Under the pieces are notes generated by a model. It was not told where the DNA came from and made no database searches. It worked only from the letters and a program-made list of their open reading frames with translations. Shown here one piece after another: positions 7,645-17,567 of a stretch of 32,179 nt of DNA. Each line of letters starts with the position of its first letter. The stretch's first letter is position 1. The stretch is from a virus (lineage: Duplodnaviria > Caudoviricetes): positions 1 through 32,179 of the IMG/VR virus record IMGVR_UViG_3300032305_000084. One strand, given 5' to 3'. A program made the translations under genes and the position numbers.

Positions 7645-9552
7645 TTAATCCTTGTTAGCCATGCCAGTTAATTCTATTCGTAGCGCATTTTTAGAATTTT
7701 GCGTAGGAGCTAGTTTGTTTGGTTGCTTTAATGCTTCTTCAAGTTGTTTAGTGTATTGTCTTTCACGCGCCCACTCCGCTGCTGTTTTTGTGCCAGGCAC
7801 TTTTACTGGCAATTTCAACAATGTTTCCAAGCCACGCAAAACAACACCGCCAGTGTTTGGATAGTTCACCGCACCTGGCTCTTTGACCATTACATCTTTA
7901 ATGGTTTGTCGCAAATCAAGAAGTTTATCTCTGCCAGTTTTGCCAAACATATAAGCTAATTTGTCCTCTCGATCAAGTTGAGTAACAAAATTATTAAAAT
8001 TGTTTAGCAAAATAGCATCAGTTTCGTCACCTTTTTTAAGCAACAAATCTTTCATGCGTTGTATGGTATAGCCTTGCAACTCTTTGTATGCTTGTTGCCC
8101 TTCTGGACCGCCTTTTTTAAGCAACTGTGTGACGGTTCTCATTTCTTCCAATGAGCCATCAACGACAATATGGTTGTAAACGTCATCAAGAGCAACTCGG
8201 CGGTCTTTGTAACCAGCCTTAGTACCTAACAACTTGTCAACGCGAGACACATCTTCAAATTCTTTAGCCAATTGCTTTCTAGCTTGACGAGCCTCTTGAT
8301 ACAACTTGCCGCCTGCACTGTCGCCAATTTGCGTAATTAAGTCTTTTAGTGTTTTAGCACTTGGAGAATCTTTGGCAGTTCCAACTACTTGAAAAATGTC
8401 TTCCAAATTACGAATTGAGATAGTTCCCGTTTTTTGCGGGTCATTCATGGCTAACAATTCAGCCACATCATTCAAAATTGGGTCTAGCTTTTCACGGCGT
8501 GTAGTGCTTTTTGTTCCAATGTAATCAAGCAACGCTTGGTAAGGAACTTGCTCTAAAGTTTCGCCAGACTCATCGGCTAGTTTGTATTTTTCTTTGTAAG
8601 CATTAAACTTTTTGGTGTATAGATCGCTTATTGTTTTGTCAACAATATTACCAACTGCGCGAGGCGTTGTGCGATCAACTTTGCCGCCAACTTCTTCAGT
8701 CATGCGCTCAAATTGATTAAGAATGTCCTCTTTTTGACTAACCTTAAACCCACGCATTTTTTCAGTTAATTTGGTTTTAGTATCTTCGGAAATGCCAGTC
8801 AATGCGCCTCTTTGAACCTCAGATTCAAATTGTTGTTGAGCCAAGTTTTTAGAACGCTCACCAGCAGTTGCACGAATACCAAACTGTTCTAATCTTTGCT
8901 CACGCATTAAATCTTCAGCGGTTTTGGCAGCACCCATTCCTTGCATTGCAGGGGCTTGCTCACGGCGAACCACATTAGCCAAAGCATTAGCGGCTGGCAC
9001 AGATGCTTGACGAGCCATTGCGCTTGTTTGTTGCATAGCAGGGACAGCCAAAGCGTTGAGGCTTGTACCAGTTGCGCCAAGGGTTGGTGGCAATGCTGAC
9101 AATGGCTGCAAAAACTCACCAACAGCACCTAAAGCCTCTCTAGCTGTTTGTGTGCGCGGTTGATATTGCACCGACTTCATGGCTTCTTGACCAGCACGAA
9201 CGCCCTCTTGCGTTCCATATTTTCCACTAGCTAAAGAACCAACAACACCAACAATAGGGGAAATTAAACCGCCGCCCAAAGTAGCGCCAAGCGCCAATGG
9301 AGTTTCAATCACACCCATAACACGATCTTGCATTGATGGTTCTGTCTTTGCCACAGGAGTCATGCTTTTTGGCAAAGTGATCATCTTTTCGTTGTCAGGA
9401 ATCAGCGCGGCAGGACTTAAAGCAACAGATTTAAAAAAGTCAGCCTTTGGCATATCTGCATAAAACTTTTCATGCAAAGAGTTAGCCAATGCCAAGTCTG
9501 GCATATCGTTATATTGAGGATATTTAGAGCGAAACTCAACAAGCGTAGCCAT
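7645..9552 (-). CDS. DNA ejection (internal virion) protein, P22 gp16 position
   Basis: 635-aa helical protein, third of three large genes after the tail hub; N-terminal EFR.KYPQYND..D..LA..LH.KFY.D motif. Confidence 0.65.
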   Translation of the reverse strand: MATLVEFRSKYPQYNDMPDLALANSLHEKFYADMPKADFFKSVALSPAALIPDNEKMITLPKSMTPVAKTEPSMQDRVMGVIETPLALGATLGGGLISPIVGVVGSLASGKYGTQEGVRAGQEAMKSVQYQPRTQTAREALGAVGEFLQPLSALPPTLGATGTSLNALAVPAMQQTSAMARQASVPAANALANVVRREQAPAMQGMGAAKTAEDLMREQRLEQFGIRATAGERSKNLAQQQFESEVQRGALTGISEDTKTKLTEKMRGFKVSQKEDILNQFERMTEEVGGKVDRTTPRAVGNIVDKTISDLYTKKFNAYKEKYKLADESGETLEQVPYQALLDYIGTKSTTRREKLDPILNDVAELLAMNDPQKTGTISIRNLEDIFQVVGTAKDSPSAKTLKDLITQIGDSAGGKLYQEARQARKQLAKEFEDVSRVDKLLGTKAGYKDRRVALDDVYNHIVVDGSLEEMRTVTQLLKKGGPEGQQAYKELQGYTIQRMKDLLLKKGDETDAILLNNFNNFVTQLDREDKLAYMFGKTGRDKLLDLRQTIKDVMVKEPGAVNYPNTGGVVLRGLETLLKLPVKVPGTKTAAEWARERQYTKQLEEALKQPNKLAPTQNSKNALRIELTGMANKD

Positions 9553-9554
9553 AA

Positions 9555-11009
9555 TTACCTTCCTGGCAAGCCAAGTGGGTTGTCTGCTGTTGCACCAGCA
9601 AAACCGCCAGAACCACCGCTTGGCAATCCTTTTAGAGCTTCTCTAGTTGCTCTAGGTACGCGACCATAGGTGTTTTCTACGTTTGTTGCGCTACGCTTTA
9701 GCATATCTTCAATGACTTGAATTTGCTCTTCAAAACCTTTTTTGGTTGTGAACTTTCCAGACCAAGAAGCAGGGTTTGTAAGTTGAGATTCAATAATTGC
9801 CATGTCAGGACCAGCCAACGCACCAAGCGTGTACAAGTCTTTCACACCCATCAACAAAGATGTGTACTTAGCTTGCATCCTAGCTGTATCTGCGCCAGTT
9901 GGTAAAAACTTTGCACTTGTAAATAAATTCTTGCCAACTTCGTCTTTAAACTCTTTAAGCGAACCAGCCAATCCAGCCAATTGCATATCCGTGTCATTAA
10001 ATTTAACTGGCGCTTCTTTGCGCGCACCTTTTAATGGCATACCAGCTTGTGGCATTTGTGGTGTTGTAGCCGCCATAGGAGCAGTAGGCGCACGTTGATC
10101 TAACACGCTATTCATGCCTGGGATTACTTGCGAGTTTGCTGGTGTTAATCTATTAACATTTGCTGGCGTTGGGGCTAGATTGTTAGCAGGAATTCTTGGG
10201 CTTCCACCCATTGAAGTAGCCGCAGGAGCAGCACCACCCATCATTACAGGGAAGGCTTCCAATGTGCGCTTGTTTACACCAACAACATTTCCGTCTTCAG
10301 TTTCTCGAAGTTCAAAGCCAGGGTTGGCTTTTTCCCAAGTAAATTTCTCACGCGCTAGTTGATCAGCAATGGTTGCAGTCTTTTTGAATTCTTGAACTTG
10401 TTGTTTATATGTTGGACTGTTGGGGTTTGTGTCTATAACAACAATCTTTCCATTTAAATCAAATTTTTCAGGCTTTGGCTGTACAAAGGTTAAGGCTTGG
10501 CGACCTTCTGGATTTGAAGTCACATACTGCGTGATAACTGCTTTACGTTTTGCAAGATCAGGCTCAGACAAGAGGCTTTGGCGAAAGCGTGTAGTATCAA
10601 CGCCCGTTGCGTCTAAACGATCAAAAGCCGCCGTTAAGCTAGAGTCAGAAGGGTCGTTTAACACCGAAGTCAAACCAGTACCAAGCGCAGTCATTTGTTG
10701 ATCACGCACTTTGCCTTTCAGTTCTTGACGCTTCAACTCATTTGTTTGTTGTTCAGTAAGTAACTTTTGGTAACCTAAACCAGTTTTGCCAAATTTGCTT
10801 AAACCTAAAACACCAGATGGCGTTGACAAGTCTGCCCTATTCAAATAGTCAATTACGCCTTGCTCTTGCTCCATTTGCTGACGAGCCAACTGGTTTTGCA
10901 ATTGAGAAGTTTGGAGTTGTTGGATTTGTGCGTATTCCTGCAATGGATTGCGCTGTTCAAACTGTATTGGTCTGAACCCCATTGCAATGTTTGGGTCAAC
11001 GAGTGCCAT
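9555..11009 (-). CDS. DNA ejection protein, P22 gp20 position
   Basis: 484 aa, Q-rich helical N-terminus; synteny. Confidence 0.6.
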   Translation of the reverse strand: MALVDPNIAMGFRPIQFEQRNPLQEYAQIQQLQTSQLQNQLARQQMEQEQGVIDYLNRADLSTPSGVLGLSKFGKTGLGYQKLLTEQQTNELKRQELKGKVRDQQMTALGTGLTSVLNDPSDSSLTAAFDRLDATGVDTTRFRQSLLSEPDLAKRKAVITQYVTSNPEGRQALTFVQPKPEKFDLNGKIVVIDTNPNSPTYKQQVQEFKKTATIADQLAREKFTWEKANPGFELRETEDGNVVGVNKRTLEAFPVMMGGAAPAATSMGGSPRIPANNLAPTPANVNRLTPANSQVIPGMNSVLDQRAPTAPMAATTPQMPQAGMPLKGARKEAPVKFNDTDMQLAGLAGSLKEFKDEVGKNLFTSAKFLPTGADTARMQAKYTSLLMGVKDLYTLGALAGPDMAIIESQLTNPASWSGKFTTKKGFEEQIQVIEDMLKRSATNVENTYGRVPRATREALKGLPSGGSGGFAGATADNPLGLPGR

Positions 11010-11018
11010 ATTTATTCC

Positions 11019-11981
11019 TTAATAATCATAAACTGGGTTAGACCTGTTACCTTGATTACGCAACGCTTGTTGCAGCAAATTATTGGTTGCTTGGTTTTGG
11101 GTGTAGTTTAAATATTGGCTGACCCCTTGGTTGGCAGCATTTGCCACCCCCATGTATCCAGAAGCCGCTGCTTGACCAGCCGCGCCAATAGCTTGACCAG
11201 CATTGTTGGCATAATTTTGACCAGCCGCGCCAATTTGATTAACTGAACTTTGACCAACACCAGCCAATGATTGCAAAGGATTGAGGCGTGCGTTGCGCTC
11301 GGCTTGGTAACGGTTAAAAGCATTGGTGTATTCTTGCGAACCCATTTCTTGACCGTAACGGGTAGCGGCTCTTAAAGCATTACCAGAAATCAAGCCTCCA
11401 CGCGCCGCCGCAGACTGTTCAAGTGCCTTTTGGCCTTCTTTTAAACGAAAAGCATAACCTGGGTCTTGTTGAAACTGTTGCATCCCAAACGGGGTGTACT
11501 CAGAAGCCAATTCAAGTTTACCAAGAGCGCGTTCTCCCGCTTGGCGATAAGGCGCTTGCAATTCAATTTGTCGTTCAAATTGATTTTGCTGAAGTTGTGC
11601 GGCACGATTTGCGGCATCAGCTTGCGTTCTTGCTGCGCTAGTGGCTGCGGTAGCTCCCAACAGCGAGCTACCAGCCATAGTTGCAGGAATAAGGTAGTTG
11701 GACATACTAGCACCAGTAGCGCCAGCAGCACCAGTAGCACCAGCACCACTAGCAGCATTAGCACCTCCAACAACTTGAGACGCAGGAACTGTAGCGCCTG
11801 ATGGATTTACATACGCACGAATTTCAGGTGCGTAATAATACCCACCAGCTAACAAAGCTGCGGTTGTCCAACCACCTGGTACTACATCACGGACAGTGCG
11901 GTCAATGCCAGCGCCAAGGTCGCCAACAGCGTTGATTGCGCCTTGCCCAATATCACCAACTTTTTCTACTACCTTGCCCAT
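11019..11981 (-). CDS. DNA ejection protein, P22 gp7-like
   Basis: A/G/Q-rich; QAPY..AG..AL, DPGY.FRL.EGQ.AL..SAAARGGL.SG motif typical of gp7-like pilot proteins. Confidence 0.75.
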   Translation of the reverse strand: MGKVVEKVGDIGQGAINAVGDLGAGIDRTVRDVVPGGWTTAALLAGGYYYAPEIRAYVNPSGATVPASQVVGGANAASGAGATGAAGATGASMSNYLIPATMAGSSLLGATAATSAARTQADAANRAAQLQQNQFERQIELQAPYRQAGERALGKLELASEYTPFGMQQFQQDPGYAFRLKEGQKALEQSAAARGGLISGNALRAATRYGQEMGSQEYTNAFNRYQAERNARLNPLQSLAGVGQSSVNQIGAAGQNYANNAGQAIGAAGQAAASGYMGVANAANQGVSQYLNYTQNQATNNLLQQALRNQGNRSNPVYDY

Positions 11982-12340
11982 GATGAATTCTCCAATCGAA
12001 TTACGCCGTGATTACGACTGACTTCTTTAAAACCGAAACCCTTTGCTAATCGCAGTGACGGCTTATTGTCTTCATAAATTCTTACAACCATTGTATCGTG
12101 TAGCTTTGACATTTTGTTAAGAAAATTTATTCCATCCCCCCTAACGCTCCATTTACACCGCTTCTCAGGAACAACAAACAAATCAAACTCATTACCACTT
12201 GCCACAAAAGCACCGCCATCAAAAGGCGTAATGTCTAAGTTCTCTTCCATCCATTTGCGCGTTTCTTGCGTTGCGTTAAACCCCATCCTGTCATGCAGGT
12301 AGGTTTTTATCACGTTCCAGACATCATCGGTTAATTTCAT
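11969..12340 (-). CDS. GNAT-fold protein at the P22 gp14 position
   Basis: C-terminal N.PSLRLAKGFGFKE GNAT motif; lies between the needle and ejection genes. Confidence 0.6.
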   Translation of the reverse strand: MKLTDDVWNVIKTYLHDRMGFNATQETRKWMEENLDITPFDGGAFVASGNEFDLFVVPEKRCKWSVRGDGINFLNKMSKLHDTMVVRIYEDNKPSLRLAKGFGFKEVSRNHGVIRLENSSWAR

Positions 12341-12355
12341 GGCTAATTAACCATT

Positions 12356-12940
12356 TCATATGATCTGGCTCACAGTTAGCACTACACTTGGAGATGCTGG
12401 CTTGGCAGGAGATGTAGTAGCGGCAATGGTTGTAAGTTGAGCCGAACCACTAACGGTTAGCCAGTACAACTGAAGATAGTCACCAGCGGCATATTCCTCA
12501 AAGAAGTTGACCGTTAAAATAGCCGCCCCGTCAACTGCACCTACTTTTTTGGGAACAGTAATTGTGCTGGCTGTGGCGGTAGTATCAACGCCATTCTTAC
12601 GCAACCAAACATAAACAGCATCTTCAGTCGCTGTAGCATTTGTGAATTGCAGGCTAGCAGTTACCGTTGTCAAACCTTCAGCATTGAACACAATCCTAGA
12701 TGTAGGCGTTCCTATTGTGGTGTTTCGAGTTACACCAGTTGTGTTAAACGTGATTGCCGTAGGTGTGTTTGCCGCCGCAGTCTGGTTGGTTGTGTCGTAA
12801 AAAGACCCAAATGGCAGGCTTATGAAATAGTTGTACAAGTTTGTGAAAAACCGATACCAAGAACGCTCCATAAGCTGACCAAGGGAATCCACCACGGGAA
12901 CCCGTGAAGATGGAATTCTGGTGTTGGCTGCGTCAAGCAT
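12356..12940 (-). CDS. tail needle/plug-position protein with beta-sandwich C-terminal knob
   Basis: Directly after the gp10-like gene; short helix (M.RSWYRFF) then a beta-rich domain (VWLRKNG, GDYLQLYW). Confidence 0.55.
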   Translation of the reverse strand: MLDAANTRIPSSRVPVVDSLGQLMERSWYRFFTNLYNYFISLPFGSFYDTTNQTAAANTPTAITFNTTGVTRNTTIGTPTSRIVFNAEGLTTVTASLQFTNATATEDAVYVWLRKNGVDTTATASTITVPKKVGAVDGAAILTVNFFEEYAAGDYLQLYWLTVSGSAQLTTIAATTSPAKPASPSVVLTVSQII

Positions 12941-14375
12941 TGGTAGGCGTTACGTTAAGTTGTGCGCCCATGATTGTAATTTTCACAGGGTCTGTGCCTG
13001 ACAATTCATATACACGGTCACGCAACTTTAGCGTCATGCCCATGCGTCTAGCAAATGCGCGGTTGTAATACTCGCCAATTCTGCCCATTGACATCCAATG
13101 TTCGTTAGACCAAGTATGACCACCGTCATCAGACCAGCGCAACATCATCTGTGGGTTGCTACCTTGTCCAGTATCCGTTCCAACACCAGCTTCGCAGTCA
13201 ATCTGCAATGTGTGCTGAGATGTGCGTTTTAGGTCGTTAGTCCCTGTTGGCAACGCTCTCCAAGAACGAAGCCACTTTTGGATGTCTCCGTTGTCTGTGT
13301 AATCTTCTAGGTCAAACGCATACAAATTGCCGTTTTCGTAGTCACCCACAATGATTTCATTGTTGTAAACCACTTGGCAATTAGATCGGTGGCGGGTGAA
13401 ATCTCCATTGTCCCAACCCGCACGTTCATGCCATGCTTGTGTAGATGCGTCATAAACCCATGTCGTGTTAGCCGTAGGGAAGATCAACACATAGAAAGCG
13501 TGTCCATCTTGTTGGTAGGTATACGCCAACGCATCAGAAATATCAGAGTATTGTTGGATTTGCCACTCAACAGCATGGGTTGATACGCGCTGACCTTTGT
13601 AGCCATTGTTACGGTAAACAATACCGCGACCACGGGCATCAGAACCTAGCCAGAAAACAGAGTTATCTACCTTTGCCACAGAGTAAGGCGCGGCACAACC
13701 AATTTCGTTAAACGCACCTTGGATTCTTTGCAAAGGAAAATCTGCGGTTCCTGCGTCATACCAAACTTCAGTTGAGTTAGTGCCAAACAACCAGATTTCT
13801 CGATGGTCTACGATCAAAGAAACTAAATTATCAGGGTCGCCTTCTGCGCTTGCAAAATCTAACGGGTCTACCGAAGTACCGTCAAGCAACTGAGTTACCC
13901 AAAAACGAGAACTGTTGGGTTCGTTGAACACAAAGTAACCATCAATGTATCCGACAGTTACAGCGCCAGCAAAGTCAGGGTCGGTGATCTCAGCAAAGAC
14001 TTCTGTGCTTGTGTTGTAGATAAACCCGTCTGGGTTGCAAGCAATAAAAATCTGAGTGCCGTTGTCAGACATAGAAACAGGACCAGTGCCTGTAACTGTG
14101 CCAATAGCTGTACCTTTTAAACGAGTCCGACCATACGTTTCAACTTTGTAAAACGTATCACCAGATACCGCATACATGATGTCGTTGACTTTCCACAAGC
14201 CACGAATTGGACCATTGCCAATTGATGATTTGCGCTTCAAGCCAGGGCAACGCGACAAGAACGCAGGCTCTTTACCCGCCTCTGGAACAATCTCTGGAAA
14301 CAAATTAACCATGCGGTTGTCCGCAGCGTTAACGCTACGAGCCACATAGGAAGAACCAAGGATTGGAGAATCCAT
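12933..14375 (-). CDS. tail hub / DNA stabilization protein, P22 gp10-like
   Basis: 480 aa; NLFPE...PGL, FASAEG.PD, GC.A..S, Y...GH.FY.L.FP, SDDGG.TW motifs. Confidence 0.9.
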   Translation of the reverse strand: MDSPILGSSYVARSVNAADNRMVNLFPEIVPEAGKEPAFLSRCPGLKRKSSIGNGPIRGLWKVNDIMYAVSGDTFYKVETYGRTRLKGTAIGTVTGTGPVSMSDNGTQIFIACNPDGFIYNTSTEVFAEITDPDFAGAVTVGYIDGYFVFNEPNSSRFWVTQLLDGTSVDPLDFASAEGDPDNLVSLIVDHREIWLFGTNSTEVWYDAGTADFPLQRIQGAFNEIGCAAPYSVAKVDNSVFWLGSDARGRGIVYRNNGYKGQRVSTHAVEWQIQQYSDISDALAYTYQQDGHAFYVLIFPTANTTWVYDASTQAWHERAGWDNGDFTRHRSNCQVVYNNEIIVGDYENGNLYAFDLEDYTDNGDIQKWLRSWRALPTGTNDLKRTSQHTLQIDCEAGVGTDTGQGSNPQMMLRWSDDGGHTWSNEHWMSMGRIGEYYNRAFARRMGMTLKLRDRVYELSGTDPVKITIMGAQLNVTPTNA

Positions 14376-15091
14376 TAATAGTTACCAGCGTAAATGTTAA
14401 AACGCTGACGGGTTGCCACAATTGCGTAAGGCATGGACATCACATCATCAGGGTTGTTGATGCGCTTGAGATTGCGCTTGGATGTCATAGCAATGCGCTG
14501 AACTTGCGGGCTTGGCTCAATGCCGTACTCAGGCGCAATTTCCATTGCTAGGTTGTAGGTAAACGCTCTCAGATAGCCAGGCGGGAAAAGAATCTCAGTC
14601 ACCAAAGTGGCTGGTTGACTTAACTCTTGGACACTAATAAAGTGCCATTCCAAGGCCCGTGTTGGGCGGGGGTAAATAGACATTGTTACGTCTGGATACC
14701 CCATGTTCACAAAGATTACTTGCGGATAAGTGCTAGTGACTGTTTTGACCGCAATGCCGTTGTATTGCTGTTGGTTGATGAACTTAATGCCATAAGACAC
14801 GTTAGTGCTTGGGTCGCGGTAGTAAGTCGCCTCATCTAACAAGACAGGGCGTAAGCCCACAAAGTTACCTGACGGGCCAAGGGTGCGGATGTATTCACCA
14901 GCAGGCCAAGTAAAAGTTTGGTCTTGGGTACAAAATACGGAAAGGCGTTCTGTATTCCACGAATCAATCATCTGATTCAAGGACATTAGCGCATCTTGCG
15001 ACATAGAGGCAGATGGAGTCTCCCCCTCAGCAAGAACACCTAACAGACGCAAGGCTCGATTGATCTGGTCACCCGCTGTATATGTAGCCAT
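14375..15091 (-). CDS. head-tail adaptor, P22 gp4-like
   Basis: TAGD.I..ALR.LGVLA.GE.P...L..LN.M...W N-terminus and YNLA.E.APEYG C-terminus. Confidence 0.8.
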   Translation of the reverse strand: MATYTAGDQINRALRLLGVLAEGETPSASMSQDALMSLNQMIDSWNTERLSVFCTQDQTFTWPAGEYIRTLGPSGNFVGLRPVLLDEATYYRDPSTNVSYGIKFINQQQYNGIAVKTVTSTYPQVIFVNMGYPDVTMSIYPRPTRALEWHFISVQELSQPATLVTEILFPPGYLRAFTYNLAMEIAPEYGIEPSPQVQRIAMTSKRNLKRINNPDDVMSMPYAIVATRQRFNIYAGNY

Positions 15092-15093
15092 GC

Positions 15094-15279
15094 TTAGACC
15101 TCTTCAGTAGTCACTTTTCTACGGCGTTTGACTTCCAGCACGTTGATAGGAGCCACCTCCTTAACAGGTGTATCTAGAGTATAGCGCACCCATCCATTTG
15201 CCTCATCAGCAATGGCTTCAAGTTCCATAGTGGCTACTTTAGCACCATGAACTTCGTGCTTCATGTAAATCACACTCAT
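15094..15279 (-). CDS. small hypothetical protein
   Basis: AAAGGA SD; 61 aa with basic C-terminus, in the structural operon. Confidence 0.7.
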   Translation of the reverse strand: MSVIYMKHEVHGAKVATMELEAIADEANGWVRYTLDTPVKEVAPINVLEVKRRRKVTTEEV

Positions 15280-15291
15280 GAGAATCCTTTA

Positions 15292-15313
15292 AAACAGGGC
15301 CGAAGCCCCGTTT
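15292..15313 (-). terminator. cUUCGg hairpin (terminator/attenuator) 3
   Basis: Minus strand AAACGGGGC-TTCG-GCCCTGTTTT. Confidence 0.65.
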
Positions 15314-15316
15314 AGT

Positions 15317-15835
15317 TTACGCAACGCTGAAGTTAAGACGATAGACGGGGAACGTCACCGTGTTAGCAAGTGTGCCAGAAGCGGCTGCACGAATACGCAG
15401 ACGATCACCAGCAGCCACCACCAAATTGGCAGCAGTACCGTTGATAGATAGCGTACGTGCGGCGTTAGCCGTTAACGCAGTTCCACCAGTAGTCTTGGTT
15501 GTATTGGCATCGGTAGCCGCCAGCATAACGGCAGTGCCAGAACCCGTAGTCCCAAGATTGGTAATGGAAAACGTAATGTAGTTGGTATCGCTTGCAGCCA
15601 GCGCGTCTACACCCGAAAACACAGCAGAAGTCAACACCCCCGCCGCAGGAGCAATGACGAAAACATCGCTGTTGCTGGTAGTGGCAATAGTCGCACCTTG
15701 TTGAGATGCGGTAAAACCGTTGGCAATGTTGGACAAAACTTTTGACGTGCTGTCAATGATTGCGCCAGTGATTGTTGTTCCAGAGGTAAGTTCAGGGTCG
15801 CTAAACGCAACGCCTACAGGTTTTGTATTAGGCAT
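15317..15835 (-). CDS. capsid decoration-like protein
   Basis: Start MPNTKPVGVAFSDP at 15835 with AAAGGA SD; A/T/G-rich beta protein downstream of the coat gene. Confidence 0.65.
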   Translation of the reverse strand: MPNTKPVGVAFSDPELTSGTTITGAIIDSTSKVLSNIANGFTASQQGATIATTSNSDVFVIAPAAGVLTSAVFSGVDALAASDTNYITFSITNLGTTGSGTAVMLAATDANTTKTTGGTALTANAARTLSINGTAANLVVAAGDRLRIRAAASGTLANTVTFPVYRLNFSVA

Positions 15836-15849
15836 GATGGTTCCTTTAA

Positions 15850-15873
15850 AAATGGGAGCCGAAGCCCCCATTT
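15850..15873 (-). terminator. cUUCGg hairpin (terminator/attenuator) 2
   Basis: Minus strand AAATGGGGGC-TTCG-GCTCCCATTTT. Confidence 0.65.
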
Positions 15874-15877
15874 AGGT

Positions 15878-16285
15878 TTAGCCGAGACGATACACAACGT
15901 AAGTACCGTCACCAGTTTTACGGAAGCGGAACAACTGGCTAGTTGTCACAGCGATAGCAACCAAAGCGTTGCCGCCATCGGTCACACCAGTGTTAACTGC
16001 CAAAGTCACTGCGCCAGAGCTAGTGCCAATGTTCACGATTGACAAGTCAAAAGTGCTACCAACAGTAGCGTTAGGAACAGCATCGTCAATTGCAGTGCCT
16101 AGAGGCAATGTGTAAGTTGCAGCAGAAGTGGAAGGGTTAGCCACCAACATCTGATTAGTGATTTGTGCTGCTGTCAGGGTTGCTGTAGCAGTAGCTGTTT
16201 GAGGAGCAGCCATTGCGCCCAAGAGAGTTTCTTGACGATTGCCTGCACCGACTTGATAGCCGCCTGCGCCGTTTGGGAGTGCCAT
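15878..16285 (-). CDS. capsid decoration/minor head protein
   Basis: Immediately after the coat gene; TAAGGA SD; A/T/G-rich 135 aa. Confidence 0.65.
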   Translation of the reverse strand: MALPNGAGGYQVGAGNRQETLLGAMAAPQTATATATLTAAQITNQMLVANPSTSAATYTLPLGTAIDDAVPNATVGSTFDLSIVNIGTSSGAVTLAVNTGVTDGGNALVAIAVTTSQLFRFRKTGDGTYVVYRLG

Positions 16286-16316
16286 GATAAATTTCCTTAA
16301 AAAAGATGAAACAAAG

Positions 16317-16337
16317 AACGGGGCCGAAGCCCCATTT
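16317..16337 (-). terminator. cUUCGg hairpin (terminator/attenuator) 1, after the coat gene
   Basis: Minus strand AATGGGGC-TTCG-GCCCCGTT followed by T-rich sequence. Confidence 0.7.
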
Positions 16338-16340
16338 CAA

Positions 16341-17549
16341 TTAACCCCAGAGGCGGCAAGCCATTTGTGGGCGAATAGTGCTGAAGCCGTAGAGAACGTC
16401 AATACGGCAAGGCAGACGGTCGTTGTTGATGTCGTACTGACGCACAACACGCAAGCTGATACCGTTGTGAACAGCGCGAGAAGCCATGTCCACGCCTTGT
16501 GGCAACAGCAAGTCGGCAGTAGCGAAGGTGATCGCATCTTTGTGGTACACCAAGTTTTGTGGGTACTGAGTAGATGCTGTACCAACGAACACAACAGCCT
16601 TACCGTTTTGTGGCAAAACATCCACAGTAGCCAAAGCATTGCCAGCAGAGTACATAGCAGCAACAGTCACGTTACCAGCGCCAGCACCACTCAAGGTCAC
16701 ATCAGCAGTAGCCACGAACTGGAACAACGAACCAGTAGATTCACGGGTTTGTGGGTTCACAGCGTAGCAATCAGCAACGGTAAACACATCGCCAATCTTC
16801 ACGGTTGCGTTAGCACCAGCGCCAGTAATAGCGATAGTAGTTGCGCCTTCAGTAGTCACAGCGGCTGACAAAGTACCGCCAGTAGCGGTGCGTGAGCCAG
16901 TAGTGAACTGCTTGATAGACTGAGACATATTGACTTCTTCAAAGCCCAACACGCCCACACCCATCATGCCGTTCTTGAACTGCTTGCTGATAGTGTCTGT
17001 TGGGTTGAACAGACCTTTCATGCCTTCAACCAAGCCAGCGTTAGCGGCAGGGTTCACAGTTGCGTAACGGGGAGACATCACGGCAGCGTTTTCGTTCAGT
17101 TTTTGTTGAGCTTGCAACAGAACCAAAGAAGTGGCTGGTGTAGTGCCAGGTGTACCAACGGTGTTACCAATGCTCTTAAAGCAGTTAGCAACGTCAGCAT
17201 CAATGCTAGATGCCAATTGGCTAATACGAGGCTTCAACACACGCTCTGCGAAATCATCCAATTGCATGGTCAATTCAGCAGATGTGAAGTTCACGCCGAT
17301 GTGCTTTTGAGAAGCAACGCTCAAAGTGGTGAACTGTTCGTTGTCATCTTGCACTTGCAAGGCTGCACCGTCAGTTACCAGAGCGCGGTCGGGCAAACGG
17401 ATACGCAATGTAGAACCGATTTTTGCGCCTTCAACAGCAAAGCTGTCATCGTACTGGCGGTTCACGTTACGGGTGATCACCAGATTGTTCTCAAGAATTT
17501 CGAGAGCCTTACGGGTGATCATGTCAATGGTTAAGATGCTATTAGACAT
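16341..17549 (-). CDS. major capsid protein, P22 gp5 coat family
   Basis: 402 aa; MSN.ILT..MIT..AL..LENNL, KIG.T..IR.P, LDDF.ER.LKP...LA..ID, R.DVLYG....RP; follows the scaffold gene. Confidence 0.93.
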   Translation of the reverse strand: MSNSILTIDMITRKALEILENNLVITRNVNRQYDDSFAVEGAKIGSTLRIRLPDRALVTDGAALQVQDDNEQFTTLSVASQKHIGVNFTSAELTMQLDDFAERVLKPRISQLASSIDADVANCFKSIGNTVGTPGTTPATSLVLLQAQQKLNENAAVMSPRYATVNPAANAGLVEGMKGLFNPTDTISKQFKNGMMGVGVLGFEEVNMSQSIKQFTTGSRTATGGTLSAAVTTEGATTIAITGAGANATVKIGDVFTVADCYAVNPQTRESTGSLFQFVATADVTLSGAGAGNVTVAAMYSAGNALATVDVLPQNGKAVVFVGTASTQYPQNLVYHKDAITFATADLLLPQGVDMASRAVHNGISLRVVRQYDINNDRLPCRIDVLYGFSTIRPQMACRLWG

Positions 17550-17567
17550 TTTGGTCCTTTAAAAAAA

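Noticed and set aside
15292-16337. CRISPR or REP-type repeat array
   Set aside because: The three hairpins are separated by whole genes and are not identical; they fit terminator-like elements.
16284-16868. 194-aa + strand ORF (also 21726..22277, 18404..18865, 27378..27818, 25316..25765)
   Set aside because: Antisense shadows of well-supported - strand genes, with no recognisable motifs.
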